Assembly: GCF_009914755.1 (NCBI RefSeq)
Contig: NC_060948.1
Source of the DNA: the human T2T-CHM13v2.0 reference genome, Homo sapiens
Length of the DNA stretch: 64,000 nucleotides
Direction: 5' to 3' (one strand)
Numbering within the stretch: position 1 is the stretch's first letter; each line of letters starts with the position of its first letter. The notes beneath the pieces are model-generated. The model saw nothing but the letters and a program-made list of their open reading frames with translations, ran no database searches and was not told the origin of the DNA. Of this stretch, positions 46,614-64,000 are shown piece after piece. The translations under genes and the position numbers were made by a program.

Positions 46614-46670
46614 GGCCACAGAGAATCCTCTAGCCCCAAATGTCAGCAGAGCTGAGGCTGAGAGACACTG
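46614..46670 (+). mobile_element. MER20 3' terminal fragment
   Basis: CCACAGAGAATCCTCTAGCCCCAAATGTCAGCAGAGCTGAGGCTGAGAGACACTG. Confidence 0.7.
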
Positions 46671-46680
46671 ACTGAGGGAC

Positions 46681-46915
46681 TCTATCTATCATCTGTCAAT
46701 CAATCAATCAATCATCTATCTGTCTATCCATTATCTATCTATTTATCCACCTATCATCTATCTATCTATCATCTATCTCTCTCTCATCCGTCCATCCATC
46801 GTCTATTCTATCTGTCATCTATGTATCTATCCATCTAGTCATCCATCTATCTATCCTGTGTGTATTTATCCATTCTATGTATCTATCTATGTATCTATCT
46901 ATGTATCTATCTATG

Positions 46916-46960
<45 letters not shown>

Positions 46961-47620
46961 GTCATCTATGTATCTATCCATCTATTCATCCATCTATCCT
47001 GTATGTATTTGTCCATCCATCCATCCATCTATTCTATCATCTATCTTCATCTATGTATCTATCCATCTATTCATCCATCTATCCTGCATGTATTTATCTA
47101 TCCATCATCCATCTATTCTATCATCTATCATCTATGTATCTATCCATCTATTCATCCATCTATCCTGCATGTATTTATCTATCCATCCATCCATCTATTC
47201 TATCATCTATCTATCATCTATGTATCTATCCACCTATTCATCCATCTATCTTGTATGTATTCATCCATCCATCCATCTATTCTATTATCTATCTATCATC
47301 TATTCATCCATCTATCTATCCTGCATGTATTTATCTATCCATCCATCCATCCATCTATTCTATCATCTATCTGTCTTCTATGTATCTATCCATCTATTCA
47401 TCCATCTTGTATGTATTTATCCATCCATGCATCTACTCAACCATCCCTCCTCTATTTATCATCTCTATCATCTGTAAGTCAATCAGTTTATCCATCATCT
47501 ATCAATCACCCACATCTATCTTTATTATCTATCACCTGTCTATTTATCTATCTATCCTGTATGTATTTATCCATCCATCCATCCCTCCATCCATCCATTC
47601 CCTGTCTATCTCTATCATAT
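46681..47620 (+). repeat. (TCTA/TCCA)n array including a pure (TCTA)n STR near 46915-46960
   Basis: Direct inspection. Confidence 0.95.
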
Positions 47621-47669
47621 AGAGAAAAATGGCAGCCGCGTCCACACTGGCCTCAGAACTCTCTGGTGA

Positions 47670-48970
<1,301 letters not shown>

Positions 48971-48973
48971 ACT

Positions 48974-49203
48974 CTCATTGTTCAACTCCCACTTAGGAGT
49001 AAGAACTTGCGGTGTTTGGTTTTCTGTTCCTGTGTGAGTTTGCTGAGAATGATGGTTTCCAGCTTCGTCCATGTCCCTGCAAATGACAGGAGCTCACCCT
49101 TTTTCATGGCTGCATAGTATTCCATGGTGTCTGTGTGCCACATTTTCTTTATCCAGTCTATCATTGATGGGCATTTGGGTTGGTCCCAAGTCTTTTGCTA
49201 TTC
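48974..49203 (-). mobile_element. L1PA ORF2 C-terminal fragment, antisense
   Basis: Translation MIDWIKKMWHTDTMEYYAAMKK...KLETIILSKLTQEQKTKH. Confidence 0.92.
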
Positions 49204-49347
49204 CCAGCAGGTTTTCAAAGCCCGTCGTCTTTGCTTAGCGTGCACCATGATGTCGGCTCTCTGAATTCACCGTCTTTCTAGATGAGTCCCAGAGTTTTTC
49301 TTCATCACTCAGTATTTGGCAACAGGGAAGTTTTTCTAAGCAAGTCA

Positions 49348-49632
49348 ACCCATCAATGATAGACTGGATAAAGAAAATGTGGCACATAGACACCATGGAA
49401 TACTATGCAGCCATCAAAAAGGATGAGTTCATGTCGTTTGCAGGGACATGGATGAAGCTGGAATCCATCATTCTCAGCAAACTCACACAGGAACAGAAAA
49501 CCAAACACTGCATGTTCTCACTCCTAAGTGGGAGGTGAACAATGAGAACACATGGACACAGGAAGGGGAACATCACACACCGGGGCCTGTCGAGGGCTGT
49601 GGGGCTGTGGAAGGGATTGCATTAGGAGAAAT
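49348..49632 (+). mobile_element. L1PA ORF2 C-terminus and partial 3' UTR, sense
   Basis: Translation MIDWIKKMWHIDTMEYYAAIKKDEFMSFAGTWMKLESIILSKLTQEQKTKHCMFSL. Confidence 0.92.
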
Positions 49633-50214
49633 TCTCACCATCTATGAACCCCTCATTTCCTCATCGGGAAAAATGTACCTGAAAATAGCGCCTGCCTCTG
49701 CGTGTTGTGGTAAGGAAGCAATGCCATTATTTATGTCTCATTTATGTCTCATGCTGTGGCTTGAGACTGTGTCTGTTTATGCTGCTCTGGTTTGTGGTGG
49801 AGGCTGCCGTCTGTCAGCCTCTGCACCTGCCGTCTGTCAGCCTCTGCACCTGCTCTGAAGTTTTCCTCTCGGTGGTACCCACCCATCATCCTGCTGCCCT
49901 TGAGTTCCCAGGAGCCCACAGGAGCTGCACTTTCTCCAGGCCTTTTGCCGGTGGAGCTGCCTCTTGGAATGTGCGTCTCCATCCGATGCACTCTGTTTTC
50001 GTGTGAAAATCCATGGGAATAAAAAGGCTCTTTTTGTGCTGAAAAATTGAGCCCAGGGGTTCAGCCAGCAGAGGACTCTGTGGGTATAAATATGAATGGA
50101 GAGGATTCTAAATATATAGCAGAGCAGAAGTCAGATGTTTGTGGAGAGGTGAAACGGCCTGGCCAGGTTCTTGGAACTTTAGAAATGAGGATGGCTTCCG
50201 GGGGAATTGGGGAG

Positions 50215-50413
50215 CGACTGTTCTCAAGTGGGGATGAACATGCACCCCGACGGACACTCGGCACTGTCTGGGGCAGTTCTGGGTGTCGTAACTGGGAGGG
50301 GGGTGCTCCTGGCACCTGGTTTGTGGAGCCCGGGGATGCTGCTCACCACCTTACAGTGACCACAGAGAATCCTCCAGCCCCAAATGTCAGCAGAGGTGAG
50401 GCTGAGAGACACT
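50215..50413 (+). mobile_element. MER20, near full length
   Basis: GTTCTCAA.TGGGG...GTGTCGTAACTGGGAGGGGGGTGCTCCTGGCACC...GGGATGCTGCTCA...CCAAATGTCAGCAG...GAGGCTGAGAGACACT. Confidence 0.82.
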
Positions 50414-50426
50414 ATCTGAGGGACTC

Positions 50427-51020
50427 TATCTATCATCTGTCAATCAATCAATCCATCTCTCAATCTATTATCTATCTATCTATCTATCTACCCACCTATC
50501 ATCTATCATCTATCTATGTATCTATGTATCTATCTACCTATCATCTATCTATCTATCATCTATCTATGTATCTATCTATCTATCTATTATCTATCTATCC
50601 ACCTATCATCTATCTATAATCTCTCTCTCTCCCAATCATCCATCTATCCATCCATCCATCCATCTATCCATGTATCCATTATCTATCATACATCTATCTA
50701 TTCATCCATCCATCATCTATCATCTCTATCATCTATAAATCAATTTATCCATCATCTGTCATTCATCCATCCATCACCCATCTTTATTATCTATCATCTA
50801 TCTATCCATCTATCATTCATCTATCATCTACCCATCCATTACCTATCTATCTCTATCATATATAAATCAATCATCTATCATCCACCAATCTACCTATTTA
50901 TCTATATCTGTCTATCTACCTTTATCTATTATCTATCATCAATCTTTATTATCTATCATCTATCTACAGATCTATTTATTGACCCATTATCTATCTATTA
51001 TCTATCTACCTATCTAATCT
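50427..51020 (+). repeat. (TCTA/TCCA)n array
   Basis: Direct inspection. Confidence 0.95.
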
Positions 51021-51024
51021 GTGC

Positions 51025-51259
51025 TTTTCAGCTGCTGCCGATTGTCTCCTCTGAGGACACTTTGTCAGTCTCTGGGGACACTTTTGGTTGTCTGGATTGT
51101 GGAGTGAGGGTGCTCCTGGATTGGGAGTGAGGGTGCTTCTGGTCGCTGGTGGGTGAAGCCCAGGGACACTGCTCAACACCCTACAGTGCACAGATCAGCC
51201 CCACCAGAGAGAATCGTCCAGTCCCATGTGTCAGAAGTACCAGGGCTGAAAGACACTGC
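51025..51259 (+). mobile_element. MER20, near full length, with a ~20 bp internal duplication
   Basis: GGACACTTTTGGTTGTC...GGTGCTCCTGG...GCCCAGGGACACTGCTCAACACCCTACAGTGCACAG...AGAATCGTCCAG...GAAAGACACTG. Confidence 0.78.
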
Positions 51260-51284
51260 CTGAGGCTGAGACAATCTCTGTTTG

Positions 51285-52820
51285 TCCATCTATCACCTAT
51301 CAGTGATCTATCAGTCAATTATCTACCTATTAACTGTCTATATCAATTATCTGTCATACCTATCAATCAGCTATCAATCATTAATCATCTGTCTATATCA
51401 ATTATCCATCATACCTATCAATCAGCTATCATCAATCATCTATCTATACTAATTATCCATCATACATATCAATCAACTAACAATCATCAATCATCAAGCA
51501 TCTATATCAATTATCCATCAAACCTATCAATCATATATCATCAATCATCTATCTGTGTGAATTATCCATCATACCTATCAATCAGCTATCAATCGTCAAT
51601 CATATATATCAATTATCCATCATACCTATCAACCATCTATCAATCATCAATCATCTATATCAATTATCTGTCATACCTATTAATCATCAATCATCTATAT
51701 CAATTATCCATCATACTTATCAATCAACCATCTATCTATATGAATTATCCATCATATCTATCAATCAACTACCTATCATCAATCTATATCAATTATCCAT
51801 CACACCTATCGATCAGCTATCTATCAATCATCAATCATCTATATCAATTATCCATCACACCTATCAATCAACTATTTGTCAATTATCAATCATCTATATC
51901 AATTATGCATCATACCTATTAACTATCATCAATCATCTATCTATATGAATTATCCATCATACCTATCAATCAACTACCTATCAATCTATATCAATTATCC
52001 ATCACACCTATCAATCAACTATTTATCAATTATCAATCATCTATATCAATTATGCATCATACCTATCAACTATCTATCATCAATCATCTATATCAATTAT
52101 CCATCATACCTATCAATCAGCTATCAATCGTCAATCATATATATCAATTATCCATCATACCTATCAACCATCTATCAATCATCAATCATCTATCTATATC
52201 AATTATCTGTCATACCTATTAATCATCAATCATCTATATCAATTATCCATCATACTTATCAATCAACCATCTATCTATATGAATTATCCATCATATCTAT
52301 CAATCAACTACCTATCATCAATCTATATCAATTATCCGTCACACCTATCGATCAGCTATCTATCAATCATCAATCATCTATATCAATTATCCATCACACC
52401 TATCAATCAACTATTTGTCAATTATCAATCATCTATATCAATTATGCATCATACCTATCAACTATCATCAATCATCTATCTATATGAATTATCCATCATA
52501 CCTATCAATCAACTACCTATCAATCTATATCAATTATCCATCACACCTATCAATCAACTATTTATCAATTATCAATCATCTATTTATATCAATTATGCAT
52601 CATACCTATCAACTATCTATCATCAATCATCTATATCAATTATCCATCATACCTATCAATCAGCTATCAATCATCAATCCTTGATCTATATCATTTATGC
52701 ATCAATCATCAATCATCTGTATCAATTATCAATCATCTATTTACCTATCAAATCAACAATCTATCATCTTTCATCATATCTATCAATTGTCCATCAGTCA
52801 GTTATCTACCTGTCTATTCA
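51285..52820 (+). repeat. (TCAA/TCTA)n array with ~40 bp units and a 539 bp higher-order duplication
   Basis: Unit ATCTATATCAATTATCCATCATACCTATCAATCA; identical translated blocks start at 51876 and 52415. Confidence 0.93.
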
Positions 52821-52866
52821 ATGGTTTGCAAACAGGATGATTTTCTTTTTTTGAGAAGAGGTCTCA

Positions 52867-54404
<1,538 letters not shown>

Positions 54405-54714
54405 TTATTTCAGGATTTCTTTACGTTGCTGTGAAAACCTGGATGTTGGGGGCTCTGTCTGTGTATCGTAGACGGAGTTTTGAATTGCTCCAGTGAAACA
54501 CAAGTATTTTACCTTACGCTGTCAACCTGCTGGGGGAAGCGTGAAGACAGTTTAACCTTCTGGCTCCGGTAATCATCTTGTCTCAGAGACCTCGGAGAGC
54601 TCCCAGAGCCTGGCTGCCACGGTGGTTCTATATACCCTCCAGCCCTGGCCTGCCTTGGGACACCCCTCTCCGCCTGCCGGCCCCAGAATTTCCCCACACA
54701 CGCGGTCATCACAG

Positions 54715-55190
54715 CCCGAGATGTTTAATGACGGCTTCATGCACCAGGCTATTGCCCTAAACACGGGTGACAGGCCAAACACACACTAATTACCTAACTC
54801 AATTCAAGCCCGCCTGGCCCCGTGGAAAGGCTGAGCTGGGGATGCACGCAGGTGCCCCGTCGTTACCTCCGGATGTCAAATTGAAGTGAGGTTTTCCCGC
54901 ATGAGCGGGGAGAGCTGTTTCTACGCACCAAGATTTCCACGGTTTGCAGGAGAAAGAGTTTTGTGTCTGCCCTCTGGACAGCCCTGTCAGTTTTATCAAG
55001 CGTGTCTGATTAAGGAATATTTAAAGGTATGTGTTCAGAAGCGTTTCTCCCCTTCTTTTGTGTGTGTGTGTGGCCATGTTTAAAAAAAACAAATGTAAAA
55101 CCAGTTACAGGCAAAGTAGGCTAGTTTGGTGCTGAAATAACGCCGTCGTTCATGAGCCGGCTTAAATAATGCAGTTGTTAGAAACCAGCT
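54715..55190. promoter_or_regulatory. Candidate conserved enhancer
   Basis: Unique; TTTAATGA, TGACAG, CTAATTA, CTGTCA and GATTAA motifs; conservation not tested. Confidence 0.3.
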
Positions 55191-55729
55191 CTCAAAGCTG
55201 TGGGTTGGCTGAGGAGGGTTAGTACGAGGTCCTGACCCCAAACCTGTGTGTATCTGGAGCCGGCGGGAGACATTTGGCCTGGAGTATGAGGCTGGCTGGA
55301 CCTGGAAGGTCCTCAGCGTTAGAGGGACTGTTTCGGGAAGGTTTTCTGGCAGCTGAGTCCCAATTCCAGGAGGAAGTAGGCATTGAGTAGATAATTTCAG
55401 CTCCCCCATTGAAGCCGTCCAGCCTGCAGAGAAAGATAGCAGTGGCCCCCTGCCCTATCCCGGCAAAGCTGACCCCGAGAATGCCCGGGTCACAAGCCCA
55501 GGTGGACAGTGTCTCCTTGTGCCTCGGAAGAGAATTCTGCATTAGGAAGGAATCCAGGGGGAATGGGGAGAAAAGGCCCGAGATACGTGAGCAGAGGTGA
55601 GAGCCGTGCCAGGGCTGAGCCACGCTTCAGGAGAGACCAGCTACGTCTCTCTCTGTGTTGGGAGCCGTTGGGTAAAGCGGGGACTTCTGGGTGAGCCAAC
55701 ATTACAGACTTATATGGGGATTTAAGGCT

Positions 55730-56100
55730 CGGTTAAATATGCCCCTCAAAAAAGTTTCCTGACTTTTTTTGATACGCCAGTTTCATTATCAGGGGGCTCA
55801 TCAGCCGGGGACGCGGTGCAGGACGGATGGAAGCCGTGGGCCGTGTCAACTCTACAGGGCTGTATTTCTTTTTTTTTTTCGTGCTCATTACGATTCTTGG
55901 ATGTGTGTAATTTACATCTAAATGCACTGACTAATTTTGATCCAATCATGTCAAAAATGATAGGTACTGTGTGGGAGGAGATGACAGCCGTACCAGCGCG
56001 CGTTGCCAGAGTGAGAGTCCCTCGGGGCAATGATTTAATGCCCCCAGTCAGCCGGGCCTGTCAGCTTCGGAGGCCAAATTATGACACATCATGTCGACGA
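55730..56100. promoter_or_regulatory. Candidate conserved enhancer
   Basis: Unique, CpG-retaining; TCATTA x2, GTAATTTA, CTAATT, GATTTAATG, AATTATGAC and several TGACA/TGTCA sites. Confidence 0.42.
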
Positions 56101-56329
56101 CCGGTCCACACGGAGGCTGCGGTGGGGGGAGCCCTGGTTCACCCAGCACTGTCCTGGCCGACCCCCGGCCCCGGCTGCCGCCCCGTGCCCCGTCACACAC
56201 GCAAGATGCAGAGTGGGGAGAAATGATGCGCTAACCCCCCTGTAAAAGAGTCATTTGCATCTGTATTTTTTACTCCAGCAAGGGCATGTCAGGTGTTTGC
56301 GGGAAGGGCAGGCTGGACGGCCTCCATGC

Positions 56330-58145
56330 AGCGTGAGCGTGTCCGCGTGTGTGTGTGCACGTGTGTCCACATGTGTGTGTGGTGTCTGCGTGCCTCTGTG
56401 TGTGTCCGTGTGTGCGCACGCGCCCGTGTGTGTGCATCTGTGTGTGGCGTCAGCATGTGTCTATGTGTGTCCATGTGTGTATGTATGTGTGCATGCATGC
56501 ACCTGTATGTGTGTCTGTGTGCATGCATGTGAGTGTATGTGTGTGTGTCTGAGTGTGAGCGTGCCTATGCACGTGTGTGTGTGCATGTTTCTGTGTGTGC
56601 ATACGCCCATATGTGTGTCTGTGTGCATGCGTGTGAGTGTGTGTGTATGTTAGTGTGAGGGTGGACGTGTGCCTATGCACCTATGTGTGTATGTGTTTCT
56701 GCATGTCTGTGCATGCATGCACCTGTATGCGTGTCTGAGTGCATGCGTGGGAGTGTATGTGCGTGTCTCAGTGTGGGCATGCCTATGCACATATGTGTGC
56801 ACATGTTTCTGTGTGCATATGCTTGCATGTGTGTGTGCATGCATGTGAGTGGATGTGTGTGTGAGTGTGGGCATGCCTATACACGTGTGTGTGTGCATGT
56901 TTCTGTGTGTCTGTATACGCCTGTGTCTTGAGTGTGTGAATGTGCCTATGGACATGTGTGTACATGTTTCTGCATGTCTGTGCATGCATATGCCTGTGTG
57001 TCTGTGTGCATGCGTGTGAGTGTGTGTGTATGTTAGTGTGTGGGTGGACGTGTGCCTATGCACCTATGTGTGTATGTGTTTCTGCATGTCTGTGCATGCA
57101 TGCACCTGTATGCGTGTCTGAGTGCATGCGTGGGAGTATGCGTGTCTCAGTGTGGGCATGCCTATGCACATATGTGTGCACATGTTTCTGTGTGCATATG
57201 CTTGCATGTGTGTGTGCATGCATGTGAGTGGATGTGTGTGTGAGTGTGGGCATGCCTATGCACGTGTGTGTGTGCATGTTTCTGTGTGTCTGTGTATACG
57301 CCTGTGTCTTGAGTGTGTGAATGTGCCTATGGACATGTGTGTACATGTTTCTGCATGTCTGTGCATGCATATGCCTGTGTGTCTCTGTGTGCATGCGTGT
57401 GAGTGTGTGTGTGTGTTAGTGTGAGGGTGGACGTGTGCCTATGCACCTATGTGTGTATGTGTTTCTGCATGTCTGTGCATGCATGCACCTGTATGCGTGT
57501 CTGAGTGCATGCGTGGGAGTGTATGTGCGTGTCTCAGTGTGGACATGCCTATGCACATATGTGTGCACATGTTTCTGTGTGCATATGCTTGCATGTGTGT
57601 GTGCGTGCATGTGAGTGGATGTGTGTGTGTGGGCATGCCTATGCACGTGTGTGTGTGCATGTTTCTGTGTGTCTGTATACGCCTGTGTCTTGAGTGTGTG
57701 AATGTGCCTATGGACATGTGTGTACATGTTTCTGCATGTCTGTGCATGCATATGCCTGTGTGTCTCTGTGTGTATGCGTGTGAGTGGCATTCATGTGTGT
57801 GTATTTGCGTGAGGTGGGCATGCCTATGCACGTATATGTGTACATGTTTCTGTATGTCTGTGCATGCATATGCCTGTATATGTGTCTGTGTGCACATGTG
57901 TTCATATATGTGTGTCTGTGTGAGTGTACATATGCCTATGTACGTACGTGTGTACGTTTCTGTGTATCTGTGTGTCTGTGCGTGCATCTGCCTGTATATG
58001 TGTCTGTGTGTGTGCAAATGTGTCTGTATGTGTGTGTCTGTGTGAATGTGGGTGTGCCTTGTACGTATGTGTGTACATGTTTCTGTGTATCTGTGTACCT
58101 GTGTGTGCATTCGCCTGCATGTCTGTGTGTGTGCATGCATGTCAG
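56330..58145 (+). repeat. Degenerate (TG)n-derived array with a ~383 bp higher-order unit x 3
   Basis: TTAGTGTG(A/T)GGGTGGACGTGTGCCTATGCACC at 56650, 57033 and 57416. Confidence 0.94.
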
Positions 58146-58773
58146 TGAACGTTGGCGGTCCCTCCTCAGAGCCCCTCTTGCCTGAAGGAAGTGTCACCCC
58201 CAGCCCCCCTTTGCTTTGTTTTGCGTCTCGGGAGTGACGTCACTGTCGGCTCCGCAGGATCCTCCCATCCTTGTTCGTCCTGGGCTTGCGGGATGAGTCT
58301 GTCAGGAGCAGACACGCCGTGGTGGGCCGTGCACACGTTTGCACCTGCTCTCAGAAGTCCTTTCCCCGAGGAGGAGGCTCTGTTGGAGAGAGAGACCCTT
58401 GGGCACCTGTGGGCCCTCACTGCTCTCTTCTGAGACTGTGGTACCGGCCATCTCCAGCCCTGGCCCTGGCCCGGTGACTTCCCCAGGGCACCCCAGGGAT
58501 GTGCCAAAGGAGGACTCCCCGGGGAGGGTGGGTGAGGTGCGTGCCCGCCGTGCCGAGACGCTCCTGAAGGCAGAGGCTGCTCAGGAAAGTCGGCTGCTTC
58601 CTAATCTCCGTCCGTGCTCACGCAAAGTCCTCGGTCGCCGTCTGCCACACGCTTATTTTATTTGGCAGAAGTTACAGCTCAGGCAATTTCGTTAGGAAAC
58701 CTGTTGGGGTTTCTTGGTTCTATGCAGGATGGCTGGTGCTTTAGGAGGAGGTGGGGATTAGAAAGAGTCTTGA

Positions 58774-60711
<1,938 letters not shown>

Positions 60712-60889
60712 TAGCAGCCACCCGTCTGGGTCCCCACAGTGTTTGGGGAAAGGGATTTGGGGGTGTGGTACGCCCTGTGTTCCCCGGCGGGCAGCTGGGG
60801 CCGGACTCCCTTCCCGACATCCTGTGTGTTCTCTGCATCTCGAAGTTGTCACGAACTCTCATGGCAACCCCCTTCTCGTGCTATGGGTT

Positions 60890-61300
60890 CCGTTTAGCCT
60901 CCCTCAGAATTAGCTAAAAACCCACCGGCTTGATTTCTGGCATTTGCAACGGCCGCGCTCAGGAAACCTCCTGCCTCCTGAAAATGCTCATGCTGGCGGA
61001 ACGGGAAGGCAAATAGGAATCCGTGGATGATAAATGGGCGTTTTAAGCAGCAGTTTACTTAATATCCCTATTAAACGAGACTCTTTGCATTAATCACTTC
61101 ATTCTCCAGCAGTCTATAAGGCCCTTTAATTGCTTCTTAAATGAGGACTGAGTTTCCGTCCAAACTCAATCTTGGATGGGGAGAGAGAGATGCTAGCCAG
61201 GGCTCAGCTGCCCGGCTGCCAAGAACTGTCAGAATTGATCACGTATGTGTTCACGTTTCCTACAGTCTCATTGGAGTTCTCTGAGATTGACAGGAGAAAG
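60890..61300. promoter_or_regulatory. Candidate enhancer with two PBX-HOX-type motifs
   Basis: TGATAAATGG (61028-61037) and GCATTAATCA (61087-61096; TGATTAATGC on the minus strand), plus CTGTCA and TGACAG nearby. Confidence 0.42.
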
Positions 61301-61472
61301 TATCACATACTTTGTGTGTGTGTGTGTGTGTGTGTCTGTGTGTGTCAGAGACAGAGGGACACAGAGGCCGGGAGCAGGGGTGTGTAAGTGTGAGGTTCTG
61401 AACGCAAAGACAGGCCGTTCTGCTCACAATCCACAGGCCAGCGACCTTGTGGACCATTGCATTATGTATTAG

Positions 61473-64000
<2,528 letters not shown>

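Overview
Primate (human-like) non-coding genomic DNA; I find no credible protein-coding gene, rRNA, tRNA or CRISPR array. Roughly half the window is Alu (about 100 copies or arms, J/S/Y-like). It also holds L1 3' fragments, ERV1 and MaLR LTRs, five MER20 copies or fragments, one MER85, and many minisatellites and GATA/TCTA arrays. Extreme Alu density, AT-to-GC-shifted repeats, VNTR richness, long GATA/TCTA tracts and homeobox-motif-rich unique islands suggest (inference, not verified) a high-recombination subtelomeric gene desert such as Xp22.33/Yp PAR1 near SHOX. The long ORFs in the track are repeat artefacts; the only recognisable protein sequences are L1 ORF2 C-terminal fragments. Most notable: (1) a recurrent composite module of MER20 3' end + shared linker + long TCTA/TCAA array, present four times in both orientations; (2) a ~3.9 kb, ~90-unit minisatellite expanded inside one MER20 that keeps both ends; (3) a pervasive TAA>TCA / TTA>TGA substitution across unrelated repeats; (4) two head-to-head L1 3'-end pairs; (5) several tandem arrays built from Alu monomers; (6) candidate developmental enhancers. 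Repeat family names come from recalled consensus sequences, and boundaries are approximate.
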